Positions 1-11,362 of a DNA stretch of 64,000 bases are shown in pieces; positions within the stretch are counted from its first letter, which is position 1; the number at the start of each line of letters is the position of its first letter. The DNA lies in contig OX597816.1 of the NCBI GenBank assembly GCA_951406725.2, positions 116,684,001-116,748,000 on the forward strand, given 5' to 3'. The stretch is from Octopus vulgaris. Lineage: Eukaryota. The notes below the pieces were generated by a model. The model made no database searches. It saw only the letters and a program-made list of their open reading frames with translations, and was not told where the DNA came from. Position numbers and translations under genes: made by a program.

Positions 1-54
1 TTGTGATTTTGTTGTTGTTTTGATAACTTTCGAAAAGGGATGTATATATGTACC

Positions 55-85
<31 letters not shown>

Positions 86-461
86 GCACACACACACACA
101 CATATATATATATGTAATATATGTATGTATATGCTCCTACCCTAAATATTGTGAAATGCACTATTTTCTTCTCTGTTTCTGATTGCAAGGAATATGCAGA
201 TATAAAAGTATATATGCAGTAATGTATATGAATATAAATGTGAGTTTGTATATGCATGTTTGTTTGTGTATATGTGTGTTTTCATGCATTAATTTCATAT
301 ATCCTTGTAGTATTAGGGTTTGGGGATATTTAATTACCTAATCATAAATACAGTTCATAACCAATCAATTACAAAATTTGTTTAGCATTTTTGGTAATAA
401 CAATTGTAACAGGTAAAAATGACACTAAGTGTTAGAATGCTTTTAAAGATATATGTATATA

Positions 462-685
462 CAGTAATCCCTCACCATATCGCAGTTCACCTATCGCAGT
501 TTATTATTTAAGATTATGTCAATTCCTCCGTGGTGTTGTCTTGCTTTTATAATAAAATAAATACATATACAAATTATAAAAATAATAAAAAAATATATAG
601 TATAGTACTGTTTCTTCTTGGTGGATTTTCACCTATCACAGTGGAGTTTTGGAACATAACAACCGCGATAGATGAGGGATTACTG
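462..685. mobile_element. Tigger/pogo-like MITE
   Basis: TIRs CAGTAATCCCTCA... and ...TGAGGGATTACTG, extending imperfectly through TATCGC; TA on the left flank, CA on the right; no ORF. Confidence 0.75.
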
Positions 686-780
686 CAGATAGATAGATAG
701 ATAGATAGGTAGATGCATAGATAGACAGACAGATAGACAAACAGGCAGGCAGAGAGACAGTCAGACAGATAGATGGATAA

Positions 781-1432
781 CTTTCTTTATTGGCCACACA
801 GGGCTGGACACAGATGGAACAAATACACATGTAGAGCTTTTCTTTTCGAAAATGAAAACGAAAAAGGGGGAAAAAAAGAGTAAAAAAGTAAAATTCTGAT
901 CAAAAAGGGTTGGAAAAAAAAAAGAAAAAGATGACCATAAGGGATCATGTATCACAGAAGAATTTTTAAAATGTAAGAAGCAAGATTAGGTTTATCCATG
1001 GAAAGAAAAGCCTACGGAAAAGACCACGGTAACCTCAGGCAGAGAGGGAATAAGCACATGAGAGCAAAGTGCTCTCTCTCCCTCTCTCTCTTTTTTTCGA
1101 TTTACAAGATCATGCTCAAAGTGGTTTCATCACTTGCATGCACCGTCTTTGCTACATTCACCCACCTTTTTTTGAAACTTTCACAAGACAAAACCTGCCT
1201 CTCCATTCTCACCTTCCTTTTCAAATGGTACTTGAAAAAGTTGATGAGTGATTGGCCAGAGGAAAGTTTTTGTCTCTAATCCGTTTGCTCCAGTCCACCA
1301 CACACATTCTTTCACCAAGGCCACCTGTACGGTGAAGACTGGCTTGCCTTCCCAGTTGAGGGAAGGTGGCGGAGCAATTGTTATGATAGACTCGGCCAAC
1401 AGGTGGACTCATCCCACACATGACAGCAGCCA
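781..1432 (-). mobile_element. L1/Tx1-like LINE, 5'-truncated (ORF2 C-terminus plus 3' UTR) in a (GATA/GACA)n array
   Basis: Frameshifted minus-strand peptide AESIITIAPPPS...KECVWWT...FFKYHLKRKVRMERQVLS...RWVNVAK. 3' end CCCTGTGTGGCCAATAAAGAAA runs into (TATC)n; GATA repeats on both flanks. Confidence 0.65.
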
Positions 1433-1464
<32 letters not shown>

Positions 1465-1559
1465 TAGATAGACAGATAGATAGAGATAGAGATAGATAGG
1501 CAGACAGACAGACAAACAGACAGACAGATAGATAGATAGATAGATAGACAGACAGATAA

Positions 1560-1790
1560 GTTTCTTTATTGGCCACACAGGGCTGCACACAGATGGGACA
1601 AGTTACAAGGTAGAGCTTTTCTTTTGGGGGATGAAGAGAACAAAAAACAAAAGAAAAAAAAGGGGTGGCGTAGGTTTTCGATCAAGAAGGATCGTAAAAG
1701 GGAAGAAAAGAACAAAAACAAAAAAAAAATTGAATAAAATAAAAAGAATAAAAAGAGAAAAAAAAAGAAAAAGAAAAGGAACGATTGATA
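1560..1790 (-). mobile_element. Second L1/Tx1-like 3' UTR fragment, same family
   Basis: TTTCTTTATTGGCCACACAGGGCTG...GTAGAGCTTTTCTTTT is nearly identical to 782-846; flanked by (GATA)n on both sides. Confidence 0.7.
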
Positions 1791-1819
1791 AATAGATAGA
1801 TAGATAGATAGATAGATAT

Positions 1820-2056
1820 GTAGGTGTTTTTGTGTCTATGTTTGTTCCCTGCCATCACTATCACTTGACAACAGGTGTTCATGTGTTTACTCCTCCCCAC
1901 CAGGACTTAGTGGTTTAGCCAAAAAGACCAATAGAATAGGTATCAGGCTTCAGAGGAAAAAAAAAGCACTAGGGTCAATGCATTCAACTAAAAGTTCTTT
2001 GAAGTGGTGTTTCAGCATGGCTGAAATTCAATGACTAAGACGAGTAAAAGATAAAA
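1820..2056 (+). mobile_element. SINE family A, 3' half (degenerate)
   Basis: Similar to the tails of the copies at 21728 and 29085 (CTTGACAAC...GGTG..CAGCATGG...GTAAAAGATAAAA). Confidence 0.65.
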
Positions 2057-2089
2057 ATATCCATTCTCTCTCTCTTTTCTTTCTCTTTT

Positions 2090-2292
2090 TCTCTTTTTAC
2101 TTGTTTCAGTCATTTTGACTGTGGACATGCTGGAGCACCACCTTTAATCGAGCAACTCAACCCTGGGACTTATTCTTTGTAAGCCCAGTACTTATTCTAT
2201 CAGTCTGTTTTGCCAAACAGCTAAGTGACGGGGACATAAACACACCAGCATCGGTTGTCAAGCAATGTTAGGGGACAAACACAGACACACAA

Positions 2293-2325
<33 letters not shown>

Positions 2326-2490
2326 CGATAGGCTTCTTTCAGTTTCTGTCTACCAAATCCCCTCACAAGGCTTTGGTCGGCCCGAGGCTATAGTAGAAGA
2401 CACTTGCCCCACGTGTCATGCAGTGGGACTGAACCCGGAACTATGTGGTTGGTAAACAAGCTACTTACCACAGAGCCACTCCTGCACCTA
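2090..2490 (-). mobile_element. SINE family A, full length (tRNA-like head, internal (TA)n/(TG)n, tail GGTGCTCCAGCATG...CTGAAACAAGTAAAAGA)
   Basis: Reverse complement of the 29085-29485 copy; head has A/B-box-like GGCTCTGTGGTAAG and GGTTCAGTCCC. Confidence 0.85.
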
Positions 2491-3022
2491 CATTCTGTGT
2501 GCCATGTTCTAAGGATTCTTTCTTGCAACAAATGAAAAAAAAAATATAGGAAAAGGTGTGTAAGATGGAAAAGGATGAAAGAAAGGGACAATAAACAAGA
2601 GAAAAGTCTCATATATCCTCCTGAGGGTCTTTTGTTCTATTGTAGCCGAAACTGAGATTTTCAATGGAGTTTGGATTATTACGAGATAAATAATAAGAGA
2701 CAAAGAGAAACTAGCTTATGTAAAAAAATATTTATTTTTATTGATGTTTTCAGTATTCTGTTGTGTCTGGGGAGAGTCATTTTCTTTTTTGTGCCTTATA
2801 ATTTAACACACTCACTGGTAAAATTTCCACTTATTTCTTATTTTTATTTTCCTAAAATTTTCATTGCGTCTTGCAACCTTTTCAATAGACTCGTTATTTG
2901 CATTTATGCATAGTAATGGTGGTGGTGATGGTGGCAGTGGTGACAGCTGAGACGGCAGCAGCTGTGGTAGTGGTGGTGGTGGTGGAGGCAGTGGAAGCAG
3001 CAGAAGCAGCAGCCGTTCAAGA

Positions 3023-3103
3023 ATTTGGACCTGGAATTCTCCATTTCCAGCGACTTCGAGGGCCACCTCCCAGTGGCTTCAGGCGTCAACGAAGGGCCCT
3101 CGA
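3023..3103 (+). ncRNA. Candidate HDV-like self-cleaving ribozyme (degenerate), possibly a non-LTR retrotransposon 5' end
   Basis: Hand fold: P2 TCGAGGGCC/GGCCCTCGA (9 bp perfect), P3 ACC/GGC, L3 TCCCAGT, P1' TTCAGGC pairing with ACCTGGA or ATTTGGA, J4/2 CGAA; P4 essentially absent. Confidence 0.4.
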
Positions 3104-3212
3104 CTACAACAAGACGACCAAAGTTTTTTTTCCAAGGTCTGGGGTCTCCTGCCCCTAAGCCCTAGACCATCACCTAATCACCCTTACCCATCTTGTTGCT
3201 TAACAACAACAA

Positions 3213-3271
<59 letters not shown>

Positions 3272-3524
3272 ATTGCTGTTGTTGTTACTTTGGCTATTGC
3301 TGTTTTTGTTGTTCCTGTCACCATAGAACTACTGCTTCATAATCATTATCATTATCATCACAGTCTAACTACATCTGCCTTCATATTATCCTCATCTTCT
3401 TCCTCCTCCTCATCATCATCATCATCATCATCACTATCATCGTTATTTGAAATCATCAATATATCGGATAAGGTACCTCTTTGTACAAAGTGCTAATATT
3501 TTAGATTCTGAGGTTAAATCTTGC

Positions 3525-3922
3525 TAAGGTCCATATGGTTCCAAGTTCAGTCTCACTGCATGGCACTTTGGGCAAGTGTCTTCTACTAGAGCCAACCAAA
3601 TCCTTGTGGGTGGATTTGATAGATGGAAACTGAAAGAAGCCCATTGTACATATATATATATATGTGTGTGTGTGTGTTTGTTTTTTTGTGTGTGGGTGTG
3701 TGTGTGTGTATGTTTGTGTATTTGTGTCTATGTTTGTCCCCAACACCAGTGCTTCACAATAGATGTTTGTGTGTTTATGTCCCCCATAACTTAGCAATTC
3801 AGCAAAAGAGACTGCTAAAATAGGTAATAGGCTTGCAAAGAATAAGTCCTGGGGTCAATTTGTTCGACTAAAGGCAGTGCTCCAGTATGGAAACAAATGA
3901 AAAGAATAAGAGAATAAAAGAA
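3525..3922 (+). mobile_element. SINE family A
   Basis: GGCACTTTGGGCAAGTGTCTTCTACTA...GAAACTGAAAGAAGCCC, microsatellite, then AATAAGTCCTGGGGTC...GTGCTCCAG. Confidence 0.85.
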
Positions 3923-3939
3923 TATATGGCACTTCGTCA

Positions 3940-4479
3940 TCTATATATATAAAACTGAGAATGTCTGTCTGTCTATGTGAATCCCTAAAACTTGAGAACT
4001 ACACAACCAATTTCATTCAAATTTTACACATGCCTTACTTAAGGTCCATGTAGTGTCATGGACAAAAGAACTTCTAACTTCTTGCCTAGGGCAAGCCCAC
4101 AGCTATATCATATCTTCTCCACTATTTCAGTATTACGTGTTAAAAGTGAAACAAAAACATTTCTCTATCGTAATATCAGATACTTTCACTTTCACAATAA
4201 AAATTAGAGATAATAAAAACAATTGAATTATATGTAGTAAGTAATAACTAAAACCAAACTAAAGTATAATATAATAATTAAACCGTAACATAATAATTAA
4301 AAGTAAAAATAGGAATTGGTATAAAATTGCATCAATGACTTGAACTTGAATAAGTGGTTTCACATGAATGGGAATAAACAAAAAATAAAATTTAAGTGCA
4401 GAAATGGAATAGTCCAGATGGAGCTGTGCATATACCCTTTACCACGGCTTTTACATTAGATTATCTGCTAATTAGCTAG
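3940..4479 (+). mobile_element. Non-autonomous Helitron-like element
   Basis: A|TCTATATATATAAAA start followed by (TGTC)n, like the element at 51145; ends CTAG|T; subterminal hairpin not clearly preserved. Confidence 0.5.
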
Positions 4480-4499
4480 TATTAAGTATCTATATGAAG

Positions 4500-5345
4500 T
4501 TCGGCTGTATGTAATGTCTGTTTTCTCGAACAGACACTTCTACTGAGTACTGCTGTTGGTTTATTTCTGATCCATAAAGGACTATAGCTTCAACTGAGTA
4601 CTGCTTTTTGATTCACCGTAAAGTTTGTTGTTATTATTATTACTGTTTAACTATTGTTATCACGTTTTTTGCTTCCTTGTAAGGGAAGCGTTGTGTAAAC
4701 CATAATCCTCCCCCTTTTGGGAGAAGGAGCTTTGGTTATTGTTTAAAAACTGAATTGTATCCCTGTTTGGGGAAATTGACAATATTTTCACCGTTTATAC
4801 GGAAGCATTTTTGTTAAAACGTCTTCAATAGAAGACAGTCCAATAATGAATTTCGCTGCAGTCATCGGCGGCTGCGAACTCATTAAAATTAAACATGGAA
4901 GAAATACAAACCTATTTCGGATTGATCACCGACAAAGATGGTGAATCTAGGATAACACCACCAAACGAAATAAAAGATAAAATTAAAGAAAAGACTATTG
5001 TCAATACAGTATACAATGTAGAGAAAAAAAAGATTTGAACACCTGGAGGAAAGCACCATTGAAAAGTGTTTTGGTGCGACTATGAAAGATATCAAGTATC
5101 TAACCAGAGGTGGCAAATTCGTCACGTTCGAGTCAATGGAGCGTGCAAGGGAGTACTGGACTCGAACCTTGCAAAGTAGAAATATTTTATTTTTACCTTT
5201 ATATCTGGGATGTCCTACGTCCCAGATAAAAATTTAAAATGTCCTCCCAGAAGTAGAGGTAGGCTGGATTGTAGCAACACTTCTATACAAGAGGGAGGAC
5301 AAGATACAATTGATCGAAATTGGAAGAGACGGGCCTACAATTCCA
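4500..5345 (+). mobile_element. L1/Tx1-like 5' UTR plus degenerate ORF1
   Basis: Disrupted reading ...KYLTRGGKF...ILFLPLYLGCPTSQIKI*NVLPEVEVGWIVATLL resembles the ORF1 at 53700-54240 (LLLSTYFGQRVVKRKISDVPPE), which is linked to L1-type RT. Confidence 0.5.
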
Positions 5346-5970
5346 GTCTGTTATATATTTTGAGTATTGTTATCACTAGCAATATCAAGATATAACTTTG
5401 TATTTTGTATTTTATGTGTAAATGTATATATATAGATGTACATGTAATATGTACACATATATATACACATATATACATGCACTAGCACTATGACTTGGCA
5501 ATGCCGAACCATAATGCTAGTTCTTAATAAAATATAGAGGTCTGTTGCAACCAACTTTCCCCTTACCTCAAATTTCAGGATTTGTGCTTATTACTAATTA
5601 TTGTTGTGGTCTGGCTGTATTGTTAGGGTATCAGGAAAAATGTACTTTGAGGTATTTGTTCTGTTGCTTTACATTCTGAGTTCAAATCCTGCCAAGGACC
5701 ACTTTGCCTCCCATCCTTTTGAGTGGGGTCAATAAAATATCACCACCACCACCACCACCACTACTACTATTACTGCTATGCATAAATGCAAATAACAATA
5801 CTAAAAACATCAATAAAAATAAAATAAAATAACAACCAAGTACTGGAGTTGTTGGCATTGACTAACACCTCCCCTTAAAAACTGATGGTTTCTGTGCCTT
5901 AATCAGAAAATATATTTTCTTCTTCTTCTTCTTCTTCTTATCATCATCACCATCACCACCACCACCACCA

Positions 5971-6610
5971 TCAGACTGGTATGGCTAAAGCATTGATCGC
6001 TTCAATCCTGTTTCTCACATTCAGCTCTGTCTTAAGTATTGCTCTTACTCTGTGATAACATTCTCTCCTGATCCTTTCCTTCATCACTGAATGCCTTATT
6101 TCATCCCCTTCAATTACCCCTAGGTACTTGTAGCTCTCCGCTGGGTCTAACTCTTTTATGACATTCTGCTGGTCAAGGTTAACGTTAGATGTTACTGTTA
6201 TTTTTCCTTTGATAAAGGTAGCTTTTGCACATTTATCGAGGCCAAATTGCATTCTGATGTCATTACTAAATTGTTTAACAATCGCTAGTAAGTCCTTGAG
6301 TTGGTCATTTTTTTGCAAAAAGCTTTAAATCCTCCATGTAAATGAGATGATTTATATTTTTATCAAACATTTTATATCCGTACTGTGCATCATTGAGCAA
6401 TTTTGAGAGAGGTATTAAGGCTAAACAAAAGAGAAGTGATGATAGTGAGTCACCCTGGAAAATGCCACATGAAATATTTACATCACCAGCATTTAGAGAT
6501 TCATCGTCACTGTTCAAAGTTAGTGTGGTTCTCCACGACTTCATACTTACAGACAAAAAGTTTCACAGAGTAGGCGCTATTTTATACATTTCCAGGCATT
6601 TCTTAATCCA
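5971..6610 (-). pseudogene. R4/Dong-clade reverse transcriptase fragment
   Basis: GIFQGDSLSSLLFCLAL, HLIYMEDLKLFAK, MQFGLDKCAK, YKYLGV, ILKTELN..N.IEAINALAIPV; frameshift near 6310; homologous to the 60071-61700 element. Confidence 0.85.
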
Positions 6611-6612
6611 GC

Positions 6613-6645
<33 letters not shown>

Positions 6646-6664
6646 CATTATTATTATTATTATT

Positions 6665-7211
6665 GAGTGAGAGAGCAGTGCATGCCGTCAAAATGACACT
6701 GGGGTAAAATATATGGAACCCAGTATACCCATCATGACTACCGTTGTGATAAGGGTACACTAGGCACATGCATCACAACCATATGTGTGTGACATGGTGA
6801 TCACATATCAAGATAAACAGCACATGACCTTGCAGGTGGGGCCCAGTTAGAATTTCTTCTGGTTGAGTAACCCATCCACTCACAAGGTCCCTGAATAAGG
6901 TTTGTTTAAGGATGTTGAACAGACCACCCATGTTTCCAGAGGTGAATTATCACAACCTCTAAGAATTTCTTTCAACACACAGCTATGATGCTCCCCCACT
7001 ATTTCTGCTCGTGATCAGTGTTGCACATATCGTCAGACACTAAGGGACATGCTCAACTGGTTAAGGTCAAACAACCAACAAGCAAATCTGTGGTATTAAG
7101 CAGAATATTTGGTGTAGCCCATGTATTTTATACCAAGACAAAATAATGTACATGATAACACTTCCAATCAGTTAAGCTGAGAAACTATTTGAGCCACTAC
7201 CTGGTACTGCA
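6665..7211 (-). mobile_element. ~540-bp non-coding retroposon-like repeat with (AAT)n tail, copy 1
   Basis: Aligns end to end with 61907-62432; minus-strand 3' end CTCTCTCACTC followed by (AAT)n. Confidence 0.75.
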
Positions 7212-7259
7212 TCATCATCGTCGTCGTCGTCATCGTCGTCGTCGTCGTCGTCATCGTCG

Positions 7260-7334
<75 letters not shown>

Positions 7335-7337
<3 letters not shown>

Positions 7338-7553
7338 CAGCAAACTAACAGAATCATTAGCCCTCAAAACAAAATGCTTAGTAACATTTGTCCATCATTA
7401 CAGTCTGAATTCAAATTGCACCCAAGGTTGACTTCATCTATTGTTCTTTCATCCAAGGTTGACTCTTCCTTTCATCCTTCTCAGGTTAATAAGATAAGTA
7501 CCAGCCAAGTACAGGAGTCAAAATTTCAGGCCTTGTGCCTAGAATGGAAAGGA
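7335..7553 (+). mobile_element. SINE family C (degenerate)
   Basis: CAGAATCATTAGC...AAATGCTTAG...CTGAATTCAAATT...TTTCATCCTT, similar to 47233-47469. Confidence 0.65.
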
Positions 7554-8075
7554 TCATCATGATCATCTTTATTGCTGCTGTTGTTGTCACCATTATTTGT
7601 ATTCAAACTCTTCCACTTTTCCAATATCCAGCACCACCTCATAGAGTATTTGCCTAAGCTGGGATCTGATATGCGTATTAGCATGTGTGAATGCATTTCT
7701 GTCTTAAATATGTATGTGTATGTATCTGTGTGTGTGTGTGTGTGTGTGTGTATAAATGTGTATGAACATGATATTAATTCTATTAGTCATGTTGAAATAT
7801 AAAAGACAACATGAGTCAGTCTAAATCAAAATGGAATTCATTCAATCTGCCCCAACCCCCGGTTCCCAGATGAAAAGTAATTTCATTTCCTATCTTTGTT
7901 AAATGGTATTTTTGTTGAGAGAAATTTTTGAAAACTTATTTCTTCATCTTGGATATTGGGAATGATAAAACACCACAGAACTCACGACACTTCTCCCTGC
8001 ATTCTTCGACAAAAAAAGAAATGTATATGCATGCATATACACCTAGATATATATATATGTATATGATGATGATGA

Positions 8076-8114
<39 letters not shown>

Positions 8115-8136
8115 GATACACACACTCACATACATA

Positions 8137-8175
<39 letters not shown>

Positions 8176-8198
8176 CTTTACATATATACTTGTAAGTT

Positions 8199-8235
<37 letters not shown>

Positions 8236-8529
8236 ATACATAAAAACATACCCGCATAAACACACACACATACATTATACATAGTCATGCGTGCACCTGT
8301 GTACCACTTCTTCATACCATTTTTTCACATGTATCTGTTGAGCATAGTCTGAACATGCTCAAAATACACACAAACATATATGAATAAATGTATCATTACA
8401 CAAATATATTCAAGAATAAAAGCCACACTGGGTTCATGTTTGGTGCAAAGTTATCAAATGCTGTTTTCAGGTTCATAGGCAGTGTTTGTTTAAATGCGTG
8501 TATATGTTTGTATTTCCTTATGATGGTTG

Positions 8530-8762
8530 GCAGTCGCTTACAGCATGTTTGTTGTAAGCAACTGTCACCATCATAAGAGCAGTGTCCTTCGTTTCCAGTC
8601 TTCTGTGTAAACATGTCTAGGCAAGGAGAAGCATTACCTCACATGGAAATAATCGAGGGTTGGCAACAGGAAGAGAATTCCAGCCGAAGAAAATATACCT
8701 TTAGTGAATTCTATCTGGCCTCTTGCAAGCATGGAAAAGTGGACATAAAATGATGATGATGA
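8530..8762 (+). mobile_element. SINE 3' part with tail GCATGGAAAAGTGGAC..(ATG)n
   Basis: Shares its tail with 47900-48100. Confidence 0.6.
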
Positions 8763-8839
8763 TGGGGGGGGGATGCGGAGAGGAGGGGGGACGGGGATAT
8801 GGGGAGGGGAGGAGGAGGATTTATTCTCAGAGGTTCATT

Positions 8840-9142
8840 TAAATATAGGAGTGATGGGATTCTTAATGATTCATTGTTAATGATTTATTCTTAATGATTT
8901 ATTACTAATGATTTATTATGACTGATTCACACTTAATTTATTTCTCATGATTCATAGTAAATGATTTATTCTTAATGATTGACATAAACATAGGAGTGAA
9001 GGGATTCTTAATGATTCATTGTTAATGATTTATTCTTAATGATTAATTCCTAATGATCTATTATGACTGATTCACACTTAATTTATTTTTAATGATTCAT
9101 AGTGAATGATTTATTCTTAAGGATTGACATAACTACAGGAGT
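8840..9142. repeat. Two ~146-bp direct repeats built from 14-bp AATGATTTATTCTT units
   Basis: ATAGGAGTGA.GGGATTCTTAATGATTCATTGTTAATG...GATTGACATAA occurs twice in tandem. Confidence 0.85.
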
Positions 9143-9189
9143 GTTGTTAATGTGATATGTGTTTATATATATATATATATATATATTAT

Positions 9190-9354
9190 ACACGCACATA
9201 CAATAGGCTTCTTTCAGTTTCCTTCTATCAAATCCACTTACAAGTCTTTACAGCTGTAGTAGAAAACACTTGACCAAGGTGCTGTGCAGTGGGTTTAAAC
9301 TTGGAACCATGTCATTGGAAACAAACTTCTTACGACAGAGTCGCACTCACACCT
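9190..9354 (-). mobile_element. SINE family A, head half
   Basis: GGCTTCTTTCAGTTTCC...ACACTTGACCAAGGTGC matches the reverse of the family A head. Confidence 0.7.
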
Positions 9355-9366
9355 ATTATTGTTAAT

Positions 9367-9610
9367 GTGGAGGTGCATGGCTTAGTGGTTATGGTATTGG
9401 ACTCATGATCATAAGATTGTAGCTTCAATTCCTGGACTGGGCAACGCATTGTATTCTTGAGCAAAACACTTCACTTCATGTTGCTCTAGTTCACTTAGAT
9501 GGCAAAAAATGAGCAATCTTGTGATAGACCAGTGTCCTGTCCAGGTGGAAAATTTATGCAACATGGAAACTGGAAAACCAGCCGTTATGAGTTGGCATGA
9601 CTCAAAAACA
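9367..9610 (+). mobile_element. SINE family B (tRNA head plus CORE-like TTCTTGAGCAAAACACTT segment)
   Basis: A box TGGCTTAGTGG, B-box-like GCTTCAATTCC; matches the reverse of 32462-32704. Confidence 0.8.
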
Positions 9611-9654
9611 TAGCCTTAGTTTTTACTTTATTATTGTTAACTATTTAAAGGTCA

Positions 9655-9830
9655 TGAACAGGCAAAACCATTAGCACTCTGGACAAAATGCTTAGCAGCG
9701 TTTCATCTGTCTTTATGTTCTGAGTTCAAATTCTCTCAAGGTTGACTTTGCTTTTCATCCTTTTGGGGTCAATGAAATAAGTACCTGTCAGGTACCAGTA
9801 TTGATGTAATCAACTTCCCTCTCCCCTTGA
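9655..9830 (+). mobile_element. SINE family C
   Basis: GTTCTGAGTTCAAATTC...GACTTTGCTTTTCATCCTTTTGGGGTC. Confidence 0.75.
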
Positions 9831-9857
9831 AAATCATTATTGTTAATGACACATTGT

Positions 9858-10312
9858 TGATAATTCATTTCTCATGATTTATTATTAATGATTCACTCTT
9901 AATGATTTATTCCTAATGATTTATTCCTCATGATTTGTTGTTAATGATTTATTACTAATGATTTATTGTTAATGGTTTATTGCTAATGAGTTATTTCTAA
10001 TGATTTACTGTTAAGGATTTATTCCTCATGATTTATTGTTAATGATTTATTACTAATGATTTATTCCCAATGATTTAATGTTAATGGTTTATTGCTAATG
10101 ATTTATTAAGGGTTTATTCCTCATGATTTGTTGCTAATGATTTATTATTAATGATTAACTATTAATGACTTATTTCTAATGATTTATTGTTAATTATTCA
10201 TTTTAATGGTTCAATCCTAATGATTTATTCTTAATGATTTATTTAAACATAGTGATGGGATTCATAACAATTTAGTCTAAATGATGTATTAAGGATATAT
10301 TCTTAATGATTT
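9858..10312. repeat. 14-bp minisatellite (AATGATTTATTNYT)n, about 30 units
   Basis: Direct reading: aatgatttattcct aatgatttattcct catgatttgttgtt aatgatttattact ... Confidence 0.9.
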
Positions 10313-10619
10313 CCCTAGATGAGGTTGAATTCAATAGACAAGGAACACCAGGAAGAAGATTTAGTGTTTAGTATTGTGTCTGGGAGGTAGGAAATGTCAG
10401 ACTAGAAGGAAGCTGGTAAACTACTCAAATACAATTTTTACCCATTCTAAATGATTTTGCATCTGTTTTCCTTCAAGCATGAGTTGGATTCTTTTTGCTT
10501 TCTATGAATTATGTTACAGATGGTTGCCATTTCAAATGCTAATCAGCCTTGAAGGAAGAATGAGGGACATATTTTCTGAGTAAGGGCCTATTCAGATGAT
10601 TCAGTCATAAAAGTGCTTT

Positions 10620-10820
10620 TGTTGTTGTTGTTTAACCCTGGTTTAGCCTTGATCCAACACACCTATAATGAAAGTGCATTACAGCCATGACATGACTATC
10701 TATATTTTAATTAAGACTGCATTACTTAATGTAGTCTAAGACACATGATGGTCATATTTAAGATATTATATGATGTAAGGGAAATTTGACTGTTATTTCT
10801 AGCATGTCCAGTAACCATCT
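10620..10820 (-). repeat. Repeat family D (~200 bp, (AAC)n tail)
   Basis: (GTT)n-TAACCCTGG...ACCTATAATGAAAG...TATTTCTAGC; similar copies at 13200-13790, 28635-28975, 30385-30500 and 62865-63035. Confidence 0.55.
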
Positions 10821-10984
10821 AGAGCAGTGATTCTCAACCATTTTTTGCTAATTAACCCTTTGATTCATATTTTGTTCTACTGGCCTTCATAGACTTTCGC
10901 TGTATGTATAAGAAAAATCTTACTGCATTTTTATAATTAAATCTTAGTAGCAATTGTATAAAAAGTTTTAAATATTTTCTATAC

Positions 10985-11362
10985 CCTCTTTTTACTTGTT
11001 TCAGTCATTTGACTGTGGGTATGCTGGAGCACCGCCTTTAGTCAACAAATTGACCCCAGGACTTTTTTTTTGTAAGCCTAGTACTTATTTGACCGGTCTC
11101 TTTTTGCTGAACTGCTAAGTTATGAGGACATAAACACTCCAGCATCAGTTGTCAAGCGATGTTGGCAGGAGGTTGACAAACACAGACACACAAACACACA
11201 TATATATATACATATATATGACGGGCTTCTTTCAGTTTCCGTCTACCAAATCCACTCACAAGACTTTGGTCGGCCCGAGGCTATAGTAGAAGGCACTTGC
11301 CCAAGGTGCCATGCAGTGGGACTGAACACAGAACCATGTGGTTGGTAAGCTACTCCTACACC
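10985..11362 (-). mobile_element. SINE family A
   Basis: Near full-length reverse copy (TTTTACTTGTTTCAGTCATTTGACTG...GTGGTTGGTAAG). Confidence 0.85.

Noticed and set aside
2898-3158. 86-aa ORF as a host gene
   Set aside because: The first half is triplet repeat and no domain is recognisable; the RNA-structure reading fits better.
9858-10312. Array as CRISPR
   Set aside because: Contiguous 14-bp units with no spacers.
10825-10980. hAT-like end CAGTGATTCTCAACC
   Set aside because: No matching second TIR or 8-bp TSD found.
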